Shown in pieces: positions 61,419 to 64,000 of a stretch of 64,000 nt of DNA. The notes beneath the pieces were generated by a model. It was given only the letters and a program-made list of their open reading frames with translations, searched no databases and was not told where the DNA came from. The stretch lies in assembly GCF_004010195.1 (NCBI RefSeq), contig NC_057751.1, positions 973,968-1,037,967 of the forward strand. Reading direction: 5' to 3'. The stretch is from Chiloscyllium plagiosum. Its lineage: Eukaryota. Positions within the stretch are counted from its first letter, which is position 1, and the number at the start of each line of letters is the position of its first letter. The position numbers and the translations under genes were made by a program.

Positions 61419-63044
61419 GTAGGGTAGTTATATAAAGTGTTTTAATACTGGGGCTTTCACAAGCGTGGTAGCAAGATCAATATTAAATATTCAGCTGTTT
61501 CATGGCATGGATGTTGCTACCTTTGGCTGAGATGTTAAATTTTCTTTCTGTCAATCCATTGATGAAAAGACAGAAATCATCAATATCCACAGGAGAAAGT
61601 TACTTGTTGATTTTGACTGCATTGGTTGATATAATATCCCCTGCTTACACAACTGTTTCCGAACTGCAATCACATTGGGTTTGCAGTTTGATGACTCGTC
61701 CTGTCTGAGCACACTTCATGCTTTGTCTCGCACTCTCAGAACTTGGCACCAACACAGTTCCTTTGAGTGTCTGACAGTGAAAAGTGCCACATTCTGATCA
61801 GTCATAAATGGCGCTTTCTCAGATCCATCCGTGGCTGACTGGGCATTCACCGTCTCAGTTTTTTTTGTCAGAAAAATACATTTTGTTGCATTGTCAAATG
61901 CTGCCACTCAACTAACTGCTTCACCCACTCAGAAAATACATCAGTGATCACTAATAAAAGCAAAATAGGGTGGATGCTGGAAATCTAAAACAAGCAAACT
62001 GAGCAGCTCTGTCAACACCCTTGGAGGGAGAAACAGGCTAAATGCTGTGAGTCCAGTACGACTTCAACTTGGTAAAATTATGTTAACTCTCACTGACTAT
62101 CTTGAATGTTTCTAAGTTACCTGCTGCAATATCTTTAGTCATAGCTTTTAACATTCTCCCCAAGACAGATGTTAAACTGACTGGTTTGCAGTCCTCTGCA
62201 TTCAGCCTTCCTCCCTTTCTGACTAAAGGAATTTGATTTGATATTTTGAAATCAAATGCAACCTCTCAAATCGAGGAATGCTTTCAGGTTACTTAAGGTT
62301 GTCAGGCCATGAGGAGACATGCTAAGTTTGGGTCTTTCCAGCAGGTGTGGTTACACACAGGGCTTGAAAGCACCAACACTTTTCTTTTAAGATAAAACCT
62401 AGGGAAGCTAGACATCGTTCAAACTTCAAAGAACTCTTTGGGACATCCCAAGGACATAAAAGACTTTACACTGTTATTTCTTTCCTCATCTGACAGCAAT
62501 TACTCAATGTTCAAGAAAAGTTTAGTTGGCAGCCTTTTGCTGCTGTATTTGAGAACAATTCTAGATATTTTTAAAATGTTTTATTTTAGTTCTTTACCTG
62601 CTTTTGTCTGTAGCTTCTTGTGAGCCATGAGATGAAATTCGATGAGGGAATTTAGGAAGGCAGAAAACATAATCACATCTGAAATATCCCAACAACAAGA
62701 AGCAATTTCATCCTCAATGAGTCACAGAAGGTCACATTAAAAACCAAGACATAGTGAGACTTGGGCAACTTCCCCTGAAGCCATCTGACATGGTTAATCA
62801 CATCTAATTACAGATCAGGTTTAGTTGCTTCATCTCAAATGCTCTCTTTACTGATCTCACTTGCCATGCAGACATTGATGGAGCCTGTCCACTGCCTTTG
62901 TCAGAACAAGCCATTTATAACATATCTTTGAAATATCAGAATAAGCATTTTGGTCATCAATCAGCATCCTCAATGATCCAGGGGCTTAGACTGAATTATC
63001 TGAGTTCTGTTGCCTTAATTTCAAAATAATGAGGTGATTAATTT

Positions 63045-63420
63045 TTGATGTTCTTTCACGCGATGTGAGCATTACTGGTAAGTCAAGCACTGGTAAGCCA
63101 TCCCTAATTGCCCTCGAACCAAATGCATCACCTCAGTGGGCAATGAGGACTCAGGCACATTGCCGCAGATCTCGAGTCACCGACTGACCAGACCATGGAA
63201 GGACAACAGATTTACTTCCGTAAAAGACATGAGTGAACCAGATATTTTGTCTTCATAATGACCGGTGATAGTTTCATGGTTACTGTTACTGAGAGTAGCT
63301 TCCAGTTCCAGATTTATGAATTCACATTCCACAAGCTGCCGTGGTGAGATTTGGCTCATGGTGCTCAGAACATCAAATGGGCTTAGAGCACCAGTAGAGT
63401 GACATCAGCACCTGCCACCA
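63045..63420 (-). mobile_element. tRNA-headed SINE second family
   Basis: GCCATCCCTAATTGCCCT..CAGATTTACTTCCGTAAAAGACATGAGTGAACCAGAT. Confidence 0.72.
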
Positions 63421-64000
63421 CATCCCCACATTGGAGTTCAGAGTATTAACCAGATTTGATAGGCAGATGTGGAACAGCTACTTTCTCGTGTTATCACCTT
63501 CAGAATAGACACTAGCCATTCCAGGATGTTGTCAGGAAGCACTTGTTTACATTAGAGGTGGTGAAAATCGAGACATCTCTCCCCCAGAAAAGTGGATGGT
63601 GACAGATGGTCACTTGGAGGTTTGGAAACACAGGTATTTGTTGGTTTGGGGTCTCCAGAGATATTGAGATAAGGCAGATGAATGGAGGTGACGGATAGAT
63701 TGTCCACGAAATAATAGCGAAAGTTAATGAAGCTGAATTGCTTCTTTCTGTTCTAGACCAACAGTCTCAAGGAGCTGAATGAACTCCTTCTATCACAAAC
63801 TATCATGATGAAACAGCTGAACAGGCTTCCCCTTGCTCCTGTGCAACACACACAAAGGCTGAATGTGTTCTCCCTGTCCCTTTGGAACAGGTTTGAGACG
63901 CTGAATGGCCTCCTCTTTTTCCAGTGCTCCACCCAATCTCTTGTTCCCAAAATGAACCACATGCCCACTATAATGAACACAAGTAGTGCAATGGGCATCA

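Overview
Eukaryotic, repeat-dense, apparently non-coding DNA from a cartilaginous fish. HE1-type V-SINEs, Deu-domain SINEs, CR1 LINEs and Penelope-like elements point to an elasmobranch, probably a shark (inference). I find no credible host protein-coding exon, tRNA/rRNA gene or CRISPR array; the recognisable ORFs are retroelement relics or translations of a 33-bp minisatellite, and the rest show nothing I recognise. Contents: many CR1/L2/RTE fragments, eight HE1 SINEs, Deu-SINEs, a rearranged Gypsy element, two solo LTRs, two Penelope elements retaining coding remnants, 33-bp minisatellite arrays, a 499-N gap, and repeat-free islands rich in homeodomain/Sox motifs (candidate enhancers). Most notable: (1) short fold-back Penelope-derived elements with 13-17 bp target-site duplications carrying minimal hammerhead ribozyme cores; (2) several local templated duplications and inversions, including an in-frame 60-bp capture into a Gypsy gag, a ~0.7 kb duplication that preserves the empty site of a solo LTR, and a fold-back junction in a CR1; (3) minisatellites that appear to grow out of a SINE motif. 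Boundaries of old repeats are approximate, family names come from recognition rather than a database search, and no search was run.
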